Sequence record: DRR723986_5735
Strand: one strand, 5' to 3'
Length of the DNA stretch: 35,747 bases
Shown: positions 20,401-28,157 of the stretch, piece after piece
Layout: every line of letters begins with the position of its first letter
Numbering within the stretch: position 1 is the stretch's first letter
Made by a program: the position numbers and the translations under genes
The notes under the pieces: generated by a model
What the model saw: the letters and a program-made list of their open reading frames with translations, nothing else
Told to the model about the DNA's origin: nothing
The model's database searches: none

Positions 20401-20669
20401 CGCTTAGAAAGGAAATCGCCCAACGATTAGACGAATTGTCGGATGCGATTGATGGCCAAGACGGCAAGCTGCTGGTACGGGCGTCACACTCTCTGAAGAG
20501 CGCCGCAGCATTGTTCGGAGCCAGCGAAATCAAGCACCAATCTGCAACCATCGAGGCGGCCGCTCGAACGGGCGACTTCAGTGTTGCCAATAGTTCATTC
20601 GCTAGCCTACGCTTATTATGCCAGGAAGCGTTCGACGAGATCGATCAGTGGATTGAATCGCACACCTGA
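17454..20669 (+). CDS. Cytoplasmic hybrid sensor histidine kinase (PAS x3-HisKA-HATPase-degenerate REC-REC-HPt)
   Basis: PAS/PAC repeats; H-box [16 protein letters not shown]-box [38 protein letters not shown]...SKP; HPt [10 protein letters not shown]; no TM segments. Confidence 0.95.
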   Translation: MTSPFAIDSAKDLPSHNVLDRISDIAFVITSDFGQIVHANSAASSFLGWRPAELVSFESWQNHIVAPDSQPVLAELCAACQAASGSESIEINRTFDIEFLSAAGFSLSIRFNCAIVSEGQTLLLGQEQLSDERAEEVLRQVNARFRSIVDSLSINLVLKDTSGKRIYANQAYLKHRRLQLGDILGKKDTDLFPADLAEQFANDDRQVLQHGKVIHKFEENISAAGIRKWTEIIKGPVRDADDEISGVQILFWDASDRKTTELELERERYLLHALLDNIPDSIYFKDKDSKFVRISRGMAQKFDLEDPTVAIGRTDADIFTEQHALQARRDEQEIMETGRPVVGLVERETWPDRPDTWCSSTKLPLTDAEGKVVGTFGISRDVTELIEIEQKLREARDQADQASHAKSEFLANMSHEIRTPMNGIIGMSELLSHTSLTDTQASYLKMIQQSASSLLRIINDILDFSKIEAGKLELVTIPFQIQECIADAAKGLAIRAAKKGLRLDLQIDTDVPETVLGDPDRLRQVIINLAGNAIKFTSEGQVGIRVKVTSGPPADTNYTLHFSISDTGIGIPEAKQAAIFEAFSQADVSTTRTYGGTGLGLSISTQLVDLMRGKIWLESELGSGSTFHFSGVFEPASSQNTDVPPNASLQDIHLLYVASTPREHLQHGLQRRGLKLTVATEFSSAPELLQSMLTAEPERIAVLIDLADAEAVGVQLAEDLQSRAPDRIKSTLLLSDSPNPVTAKSSEKLSKAQILQTPVLVTEICRVLAQTDHPPQTAKDDAATTDQHRLNLLLAEDGEVNRAIMLGILEKLGHSVTWVDDGDKAVSKWEEGQFDAILMDIQMPVMDGLEASKAIRQIERHGDRAKQTPIIAITAGAMESDRDQCIAAGMNDYLSKPIDFAQLEDLLDRLQAHTLAPQPGSVFGSFQETGAAAATPEAAPNESTIQDRDNTDTEQPPKGKLDFDAPVRKFKSTADQQVALVSTLRKEIAQRLDELSDAIDGQDGKLLVRASHSLKSAAALFGASEIKHQSATIEAAARTGDFSVANSSFASLRLLCQEAFDEIDQWIESHT

Positions 20670-20728
20670 TTTCCAGCCTGCGGATGTCAGCCTGTAAACC
20701 AGTGGCACAACACACCTTGGTGCATCGA

Positions 20729-21664
20729 TTACTGTTTTGGACCCTGCTGGGTCTGCTCGGTGAAAGTACTCTCGAAAATCTTGTCCGCATTGCCTGCCTC
20801 AAACCCATCGCGGCGGTGCTCCCGCGTAATCTTGTCTGTGGGCATGTCGGAATACTCTGGTAGTATTCTTCTCTCTGCGAATTCAACGTAGCTGCCCGCT
20901 ATCAGATGTTTTTCGGGTTCGTCGGATGCCGCAAAGTCTGCCTCGACCATTTCCGCAACTGTTGAACTCTGCAGCAACAATCCATCTGGACTCTCTTTCA
21001 CTTTCCCGCCAGACGTATTGAGTCGCACGCCAGCCGCCTCGATCAACTCATTGAATTTGGCAACTCTATCATGCGGCGGCGGTAGGTTGTGAACACTAAT
21101 CGTAAAGTGGTTCAAGTAGTAGCGATTGTAGATCACCCAAGCTGCGTACTCGCTCTCAGCCAGCAGCGTTTCGTACTCATTCCAGCTCGGTAGTCGCCAA
21201 AGCGGGCGGTGGAGAAACCCATCAACCTCAGAAGCATCTCCCAGTTTCAAGTCATCAACGGGATCACTGGTAATGCCATCCGTAAAGGAGTGAATGATCC
21301 GCTGTGCTTCTTTCGAGAGCTCCTGGATTCGTAATTCACTGATGAAGATGCGAGGGAAACTCGGCTGAGGCGGAGAATACCAAAAAGCATCAAGCTTCTT
21401 GGCTTTAAAATGATAGCTATCGCGTCGTTCGTATCCGCAATGCAAGAAGATCTTTTCCAATGAGGCGATGCCGAGGTTTTCGACACCCAACGTACGAAAA
21501 GCAATGTGGTCGTTTTCAATTTCTTGCTCAGATTTGATGATCCCCGCAGCTTTCATCGCCTGAAGAACCCTAGCGACATCTGGTACACGCTCCGCATAGC
21601 GACTCATGAGTCCGTCCAGGATTTTCGCTAGCAAATGAATTCTATCTTCCACGACTGGGGTCAC
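20729..21664 (-). CDS. DUF1338 family protein (2-oxoadipate dioxygenase/decarboxylase-like, VOC fold)
   Basis: DHIAFRT, PRIFISEL, ESEYAAW, LNHFT, LLQSST, YVEFAER and RDGFEAGNADKIFEST motifs. Confidence 0.88.
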   Translation of the reverse strand: MTPVVEDRIHLLAKILDGLMSRYAERVPDVARVLQAMKAAGIIKSEQEIENDHIAFRTLGVENLGIASLEKIFLHCGYERRDSYHFKAKKLDAFWYSPPQPSFPRIFISELRIQELSKEAQRIIHSFTDGITSDPVDDLKLGDASEVDGFLHRPLWRLPSWNEYETLLAESEYAAWVIYNRYYLNHFTISVHNLPPPHDRVAKFNELIEAAGVRLNTSGGKVKESPDGLLLQSSTVAEMVEADFAASDEPEKHLIAGSYVEFAERRILPEYSDMPTDKITREHRRDGFEAGNADKIFESTFTEQTQQGPKQ

Positions 21665-21906
21665 CTTTACCTGGACAATTGGGATGTGCTACCAAAGATC
21701 TGATATCGCTGATCCAGATTTCACGAGGAACTTTGGCGTGTTTGCGGCAGCTTGTCGAACGGTGTCTTCATCCGCTAAAAACGAGTTGCTGCGATATACC
21801 ATCATAGAGGACATTTCTAGGGAATTGTCTGCATAGGCGACGCAATGCGTCACCACGAAAAAATTCATGTGAACTCTCATAGAGTTGGCCCCACCTTATT
21901 CCACTC

Positions 21907-22812
21907 ATGACGACTAACTCCACAATTGCTCCCACCCCAACCCGCATTCTTGCGGCACTGCTTCCAAGGCGTCTGCGTGCGCCCATCGCAAGAGTTTCAG
22001 TCGCAGCAGGACTACTGTCGATCCTAATGGCTGGGTGTGGGTCGACGAAAAGCTACACCGCGACCGAGCAATTACTGCTTAGCGACGCTGTGGACACAAC
22101 CATTGCCAAACTTGATTTTTCGCCCTTGCGTGACCAGAAGGTTTACCTTGACGTGACCTATTTGAAAACGCAGCGAAGTCAGATCTTGATAGATTCGGAC
22201 TACGTCATCAGTTCAATCAGACAACAGATGGTCGGTGATGGCGTGCGGCTGGTTGAAGGGCGAGACGAAGCCGAAATCATAGCAGAAGCTCGCCTCGGAG
22301 CCCTTGGCTTGGACGGGCATACGGTAACGTACGGCATACCGGCCAGCAATCTACTTCGTACGGCAAGCGCTGCATTTGCCAATGCTCCACCAGTTCCTGC
22401 GATCCCAGAAATGTCGTTTGCAAAGTATGAAAGTAAGCTCGGAGCTGCGAAAGTTGCTGTCTTCGCATACAAACGGCAAACGCGTGAACCGGTGTGGCAG
22501 TCGGGCATCGCTCACTCCAGTAGTAACGCAAAGGATACTTGGGTGCTGGGGATTGGACCGTTCCAGCGTGGTTCCATTCGCTCCGACACGAAGTTCGCTG
22601 GTGATGACATTGCGGCCACCGAGCTACTGAAGGATCCGAAAGCCGACATCCACGAATTAGAACCGTACAAGGACTACGAGCGCTCTCGGGTATTTCCCGC
22701 ATTGTTCGAAGGTTTGCAACGCCGTGAGCCTGGGGAGGGTGTCGTGCCCGCTACCGGCGAGGAAACTGCAACCGAAAGCCCACAGCCCAAGCCTGGCAAA
22801 CCCGCGAAATAG
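21907..22812 (+). CDS. Lipoprotein, probably DUF6655 family; first gene of the redox operon
   Basis: Lipobox LMAG|C, then TATEQLLLSDAVD...LDF...KVYLD, YVISSIRQ, EARLGALG and GAAKVAVFAY. Confidence 0.75.
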   Translation: MTTNSTIAPTPTRILAALLPRRLRAPIARVSVAAGLLSILMAGCGSTKSYTATEQLLLSDAVDTTIAKLDFSPLRDQKVYLDVTYLKTQRSQILIDSDYVISSIRQQMVGDGVRLVEGRDEAEIIAEARLGALGLDGHTVTYGIPASNLLRTASAAFANAPPVPAIPEMSFAKYESKLGAAKVAVFAYKRQTREPVWQSGIAHSSSNAKDTWVLGIGPFQRGSIRSDTKFAGDDIAATELLKDPKADIHELEPYKDYERSRVFPALFEGLQRREPGEGVVPATGEETATESPQPKPGKPAK

Positions 22813-22829
22813 CTTTACCGAATACGCCC

Positions 22830-24557
22830 ATGTCAAACGAATCTGTCGAAGTAGAAAGGCCGGAGCGTTGGGATCATCCGCTGGATCTCAACATGACTGA
22901 TGAAGTTGTTGCGCAGCTTCTTCAGTTCCCGCCGTTTTCGCAGATGGACAGCAAGAAGTTCGCAAGCAATCTTTCTTTAGCGGGTGTTCTTCGAAATGAC
23001 GCCCGATTGGTTGCTTTCGACGAAGGTGACTTCATTTTCCAGGAAGGCCAGTACGGCGGCACTGCCTATCTGGTCCTGGACGGCAACGTACGGATTGTCC
23101 TTGATCGCCTGGTGGCCGGAGCGGAAAGCCTTCGTCGAAAATGGACGGGGATGCAGTGGCTTTCGTTCTTTCGAAACAAAGAGAAAAAGAACGACAATCG
23201 TCCGGTTGTCGACATCGGCTACTCCGCCCGCGGCAGTGGAAAAGACACGCGACTGTATCTACAAGACATCCCGCGACTGGTTACAGAACACGCCACCAGC
23301 CAGGTAACCGCTGGAGAGATGTTTGGTGAAATCGCAGCCTTTAACCGGACACCTCGCGAATTCACTGCAGTGGCCGAGACCGCCTGCAAGATGCTCGAAA
23401 TCCGCTGGCAGGGCCTGAAGCTACTCAAGCAAGACCCAAGCTTTCGAGCACTGCTTGACGATCAATATCGTGGCGATTTACTGTCAGGCGAACTTCGCTC
23501 CCTAGAGCTCTTCAACTTCACACCGGAAGAAGATTTTGAACGTGTCGTTGCATCGGCAAAGATCGAGTCGTTTGGCAACCTGGAGTGGTTCGCCGACTAT
23601 CGAAAACGGCTCAGCAAAACAGCAAAAGAACAAATTGAATCCGAACCGCTAATTTGTGAAGAAGGCCAATACGTCACAGGGCTGTGGATCATACGAAGTG
23701 GCTTTGCACGCCTGAGCCGCCGCCAAGGCACTGGACACCGGACACTGGCCTACCTTGGTAAAGGGCAAATGTTCGGCCTCAAAGAACTCGCGCACAATCA
23801 TCATGCGTCGGCTGATGGCAAACCGTTGCCGTATCAGGAGTCGCTGCGAGCGATCGGGCACGTCGACGCTATCTGCATCCCCAAAGCAGAGGTCCTCAGG
23901 TACATCCTCCCTTATGTCCGTCGCAGTGATTTGCCACCAGAAATCGTCAATCCCCATTACGAATTCGGCCAGCCGATCGTTGATGCCGCGCTGGACGCCG
24001 CGCTGGGAAATGTGGAAACAGGCCTGCTGGAGTTCCTTGTCGAAAAACGGCTGATGAACGGTCGCGAGGCGATGGTGATCGACATGCACCGCTGCACACG
24101 TTGCGACGACTGCGTACGTGCTTGTGCGACTACACATGGCGGAACACCTGTGTTCGAACGCCACGGCCCCCAGTACGGAAAGTGGATGATTGCCCAGGCT
24201 TGCATGCACTGCGAAGACCCTGTTTGTATGATTGGCTGCCCAACGGGTGCAATTCATCGCAATCACGAAACTGGCATGGTCGACATTAACTCGTCAACCT
24301 GCATCGGATGCAAGACGTGCGCGGAAAGCTGTCCGTACGACAATATTAAGATGGTAACCGCCCAGGACAACAAGGGCAGGGCTAAGGTCGACGAACAAAC
24401 AGGCTTGCCAATTCTACAGGCCAGCAAATGTGACTTCTGCTCAACCGCAGGCGGCCAGCCGTCCTGCCAAGCAGCTTGCCCTCACGACGCTCTATATCGC
24501 TTCGATCTTAGTGACATCTCGGCGGTAGAAAAACTGATGGGGGGCAACAGTTCATGA
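22830..24557 (+). CDS. Tandem cyclic-nucleotide-binding domains fused to a four-cluster [4Fe-4S] ferredoxin domain (DmsB/NrfC-type Cys pattern)
   Basis: cNMP motifs GDFIFQEG...YLVLDG...GEMFGEIAAFNRTPREFTAVA and LICEEG...IIRSG...GKGQMFG; 16 Cys in CTRCDDCVRAC, CMHCEDPVCMIGCP, CIGCKTCAESCP and CDFC-x7-CQAACP. Confidence 0.92.
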   Translation: MSNESVEVERPERWDHPLDLNMTDEVVAQLLQFPPFSQMDSKKFASNLSLAGVLRNDARLVAFDEGDFIFQEGQYGGTAYLVLDGNVRIVLDRLVAGAESLRRKWTGMQWLSFFRNKEKKNDNRPVVDIGYSARGSGKDTRLYLQDIPRLVTEHATSQVTAGEMFGEIAAFNRTPREFTAVAETACKMLEIRWQGLKLLKQDPSFRALLDDQYRGDLLSGELRSLELFNFTPEEDFERVVASAKIESFGNLEWFADYRKRLSKTAKEQIESEPLICEEGQYVTGLWIIRSGFARLSRRQGTGHRTLAYLGKGQMFGLKELAHNHHASADGKPLPYQESLRAIGHVDAICIPKAEVLRYILPYVRRSDLPPEIVNPHYEFGQPIVDAALDAALGNVETGLLEFLVEKRLMNGREAMVIDMHRCTRCDDCVRACATTHGGTPVFERHGPQYGKWMIAQACMHCEDPVCMIGCPTGAIHRNHETGMVDINSSTCIGCKTCAESCPYDNIKMVTAQDNKGRAKVDEQTGLPILQASKCDFCSTAGGQPSCQAACPHDALYRFDLSDISAVEKLMGGNSS

Positions 24558-25390
24558 GTGGCCCCAAGTCGCAGAAAACCAGGCGAGCCCGAATGCTCGC
24601 TGTGGCATTCACAATCGTGGCTGCAGCGCTGTGCGCGTGGCTTTGTAAGATCATCGACCATAACCTGGGCGATACCGCCACCTTCACCGGCTTTGCCCTG
24701 TTCGCCGCAACGGCCAGTTTGTATCTGCTGTCAGCTCGAAAGAAGTGGATCACACTGCCCGTTGGTCCCGTTAGCGCTTGGCTGCAACTGCACGCGTACA
24801 CGGGAACCTTCGCCAGCATCATTTTCTTCTTTCATGTCCAATTCCCTCTCACTGGATATTTTGAAACACTTCTGGCCTGTTCATTCCTTTTCGTTGCTGG
24901 AACGGGTATTGCCCTCGGTTATCTGTCACGCTCAACCCCTCAACGCTTAGCCGCAATCCCCGGCGACAACCATCAAGACCTCATACCGGCTTTGCAAGCT
25001 AATGTAGCTGAGGAAGCACACGCGCGAGCACTCTCGAGCACGGCGCAGGGCGAGGGTGCGACGCTCGCCGAGTACTACCAACACAAGCTATTGCCCTATT
25101 TCCGCACGCCCCGAAGCATGGCGTATATCCTTTTGCCGACCGGCAATCTGCGACGTCGCCTACTTCGTGAACTAAGCGATCTCGACCGCTACCTTGGCCC
25201 GAGCGGACTCGCGGCTCGCCAGTCCTTGACCGCAATGGTCCAGCAGAAAGATGATCTCGACTATCAGTATGCGCTACAGTACCGCCTAAAACTTTTCTTC
25301 ATGCTCCATGTCTCGATGATTTGGAGCCTCGCCTTGATGATTGCCGTCCATATTGTCCTGGTCTACCGCTTTCAAGGAACGATCCATTGA
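24554..25390 (+). CDS. Integral membrane protein, putative diheme cytochrome b (ferric-reductase-like TM domain)
   Basis: About 5 TM helices; two helices each carry H-x13-H (H80/H94 and H252/H266); ATGA overlap with the upstream gene. Confidence 0.78.
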   Translation: MSGPKSQKTRRARMLAVAFTIVAAALCAWLCKIIDHNLGDTATFTGFALFAATASLYLLSARKKWITLPVGPVSAWLQLHAYTGTFASIIFFFHVQFPLTGYFETLLACSFLFVAGTGIALGYLSRSTPQRLAAIPGDNHQDLIPALQANVAEEAHARALSSTAQGEGATLAEYYQHKLLPYFRTPRSMAYILLPTGNLRRRLLRELSDLDRYLGPSGLAARQSLTAMVQQKDDLDYQYALQYRLKLFFMLHVSMIWSLALMIAVHIVLVYRFQGTIH

Positions 25391-27714
25391 ACGCAGGGCA
25401 AGGGAAACCAAGTGAAGATGCGGGTCAAGAACCACGCGAAGCGGCCACCGCTGGAGAGGCTAGCTGTGATTCGTCAGGCTGCCATCTATCTGGCTGCACA
25501 GGTGCGGCAAGTTGCTCGGCAGGTGGCTGCGGCAAGAAAACGGTCAGTTCGGTCCTGAAGAAGCGCTTTCGCCCGAACGCACGTTGGCGATGCGGCTACC
25601 AGTCAACCGGCATGGCCTGTAGCGAAGGCCCAACTGCCGATGGGCGTTGCTGCCAAGTTGCTTCCCAGGCAGAGACGGTGTCCGACTGTGCCGAGAATTG
25701 CTCCTGCGTAGAACAATGCGAACTGGCCAGCCTGCGAGCCCATCCACAACTGCCATCGCACCTTGACCTGGGGCCGTGCATGCCAAAGCGTTCACACTGG
25801 TACTCACGGCAGAACATTGCAATCAACCTGGCAATTCTAACCGGTGGCCTGCTGCTGCTTTCAATGTCCGTTCCCGGACGCGAACAAGTCTTCGTCCCTG
25901 GAGGCCTATCCACTAAGCACTCCCAGATTCTCAACAATCGATTGGTCAAAGACCGATGCAGCCTTTGCCATGCGAATCCGCACGGGGAATTTGCTGGCAC
26001 TACGCAGGACATGCTCTGCATGAACTGCCATCAGTCCCATATGCCGGATGCCTCGCTCCGCAGCCCTCACGACCTAACGCGCACTCAGCTTGTCGGCCTC
26101 CGGAGTGACCAGAAGAATCAACAAGGTCTTTCACAAACCCACTGTGCGAGTTGTCATAGCGAACACCACGGCACTGACCAAGACCTCAAGAAGATGAGCG
26201 ATGCCAGATGTCAGGCATGCCATGAGAAACAGTTCCAATCGCTGGTAGATGGGCATGCTGAATTTACGGACTATCCGTATCGGACGCGCCGAGTGATCGC
26301 GTTCGATCACAACTCCCATGCGACAAAACACTTCGCAGGCAAGAACCGTGAATTCCAATGCAATACCTGTCACTCTGGGGCGGCGACGACCGCGACAGGT
26401 ATTTCTCGAGGCGTCGATTACAACGTGGGTTGCGCGGATTGCCATGACCAGAGTCTGCGAAGCAAGTCACTCGACGGCTGGGCTGTCATTACACTTCCAA
26501 GTATCGAACCGTCGGATGCAGATTCTGGACAATTGGCAGATTGGCCAACGGCTTCCCAGTTTGGCTATGAAGGGATCGTATCGCTGCCGATGCGATACCT
26601 GCTTCAGTTTGCAGACACCGCTGGCGCAAATCGGCTTCTACCGGACAGTGGCGACCTATCACGGGTAGACAATGACAAGAAACAAGAACTCACTGTAGCC
26701 GCGGCCGTCTCAACACAAGAATTGATTGCGAGAGTTGCATCCGAAGGGCAAGAATACTGGAGACGACGCCTGGAAGAGCAGCTTGCATCCAAACTAGGTC
26801 GCGAACTTAATGAACAAGAACTTGCACTAACAGCTCAACTCACTCGAGGCATTTCGCCTGACTTGTTTCGTAAGATGCAGCGTGACTGGTTCAACAAGCC
26901 ATCGCAATTCACCAAAGCAACGCCAGTGAATCGAGAGTCCGTGGGAAGCGAGACCTCCTCAAACTCCCTTGTCACGCACTCCAACCGCTCTGAGTCCACA
27001 ACCGGCTCAAAGACCGCGGGCTCGGATGTACAAGATTTACCGCCATTGTCCGCTGATGAACATGTTAGTACCGGCGGATGGTTCGTCGACGACGAGTTCC
27101 TGAGTCTCAACTATGTACCGTCCGGCCATGCTGATCCAACTTTGGTTGCATGGATTGAGTATTCAATGTTGAGCGCGGCCGGGGAAGTCGAGCAGGGCAG
27201 GGGCCCCGCAACGTGGCTCCAATCCGATTCATTGCTACAAAGCTGTCTTGAGTGCCACCAGGGCTCCAGCCATAGCACTCCAGTGCAATCATTTGACTGG
27301 AAGTCTGCCGGTAGGCCAGCGGGCGTGAAGACATTCACCAAGTTCAATCACGGGCCGCACCTAAAGTTACCTGCGGTAAACCAATGCAGCTACTGCCACC
27401 AGCTCACCTCCGCGTCGGAGGCGATACAGGACGACCTGACCGCGGTCTCTGCGACAGCGGACGTTGCGCCGCACAAAGACTTTTCGGACATCAAGCTCGA
27501 CCAATGCACAGCTTGCCATCGCGAAGACGCAGCCCCCAATGACTGCACGACGTGCCATTCATACCATGTTGGCGACGAGGGTTTTGCCTGGTCCCGCCAG
27601 CGTTTTGCTGAAACACTCCGCCTAGCCGAAACAGAGCAAGTCGACCAGATTCTTCGGCTTGCGAAACGACGACAAGGCGCCGGAGAATCTCAGGAAACCA
27701 CCAGCCCGAAGTGA
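25387..27714 (+). CDS. Membrane-anchored decaheme c-type cytochrome (class III c3/c7-like motifs) with a Cys-rich N-terminus
   Basis: Ten CxxCH motifs (CSLCH, CMNCH, CASCH, CQACH, CNTCH, CADCH, CLECH, CSYCH, CTACH, CTTCH); FDHNSH and FNHGPH distal-ligand motifs; TM helix IAINLAILTGGLLLLSMSV; probable TTG start at 25387 overlapping the upstream TGA (ORF open from 25321). Confidence 0.9.
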   Translation: MNAGQGKPSEDAGQEPREAATAGEASCDSSGCHLSGCTGAASCSAGGCGKKTVSSVLKKRFRPNARWRCGYQSTGMACSEGPTADGRCCQVASQAETVSDCAENCSCVEQCELASLRAHPQLPSHLDLGPCMPKRSHWYSRQNIAINLAILTGGLLLLSMSVPGREQVFVPGGLSTKHSQILNNRLVKDRCSLCHANPHGEFAGTTQDMLCMNCHQSHMPDASLRSPHDLTRTQLVGLRSDQKNQQGLSQTHCASCHSEHHGTDQDLKKMSDARCQACHEKQFQSLVDGHAEFTDYPYRTRRVIAFDHNSHATKHFAGKNREFQCNTCHSGAATTATGISRGVDYNVGCADCHDQSLRSKSLDGWAVITLPSIEPSDADSGQLADWPTASQFGYEGIVSLPMRYLLQFADTAGANRLLPDSGDLSRVDNDKKQELTVAAAVSTQELIARVASEGQEYWRRRLEEQLASKLGRELNEQELALTAQLTRGISPDLFRKMQRDWFNKPSQFTKATPVNRESVGSETSSNSLVTHSNRSESTTGSKTAGSDVQDLPPLSADEHVSTGGWFVDDEFLSLNYVPSGHADPTLVAWIEYSMLSAAGEVEQGRGPATWLQSDSLLQSCLECHQGSSHSTPVQSFDWKSAGRPAGVKTFTKFNHGPHLKLPAVNQCSYCHQLTSASEAIQDDLTAVSATADVAPHKDFSDIKLDQCTACHREDAAPNDCTTCHSYHVGDEGFAWSRQRFAETLRLAETEQVDQILRLAKRRQGAGESQETTSPK

Positions 27715-27784
27715 TCTTCGCCCCGGTGAACTGCGTTGAACGACCAGACGCATGCGCGGCTTCTGGCCTCTAATTCTCTCTTTT

Positions 27785-27908
27785 GTAGGGTGTGCGAAAC
27801 CCACCAAAGCCAAGATGCTGGTGGCTGGCCTCTGATTGCTTGCTTTAGCAATGTAGGGTAGGTGAAACCCACCAAAGAATTCTTGTAGGTGGGTTTCACC
27901 CACCCTAC
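27785..27908. repeat. Three GTAG-family REP-like elements; two form an inverted doublet (REPIN/BIME-like)
   Basis: GTAGGGTGTGCGAAACCCACC (27785-27805, +), GTAGGGTAGGTGAAACCCACC (27853-27873, +) and GTAGGGTGGGTGAAACCCACC (27888-27908, -). Confidence 0.85.
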
Positions 27909-28157
27909 TATTTGCACCACGCTACATTTTCTCCCTCGGAAGCTATCGCGGTGCGTTCTACCGATTAGTCCGGTCGTTCGTGCTGGCGCCACTGGCTATC
28001 TTCTTCTGTACCATTGCGGTAATGCGAATTCTGCGCCCCGGCGGGGGATTTTGTCCTACCTTACTGCAGCCCTCGATTGCTAGCCCTGGCGATCCGGGAC
28101 GTCTGCCCAGCGTCAGCACGTTGTTTCAGCGGAAAATGCAGTCACGGTAATCACTCA

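Noticed and set aside
21860-21890. CRP-like site upstream of the cNMP operon (TGTGA...)
   Set aside because: The second half-site is not TCACA at 6-nt spacing.
27785-27908. CRISPR array interpretation of the repeats
   Set aside because: Only three copies, one inverted, with irregular spacing and no cas genes; fits REP elements.
27910-28157. c-di-AMP (ydaO) riboswitch upstream of the K+ channel
   Set aside because: The conserved ydaO sequence blocks are not visible.
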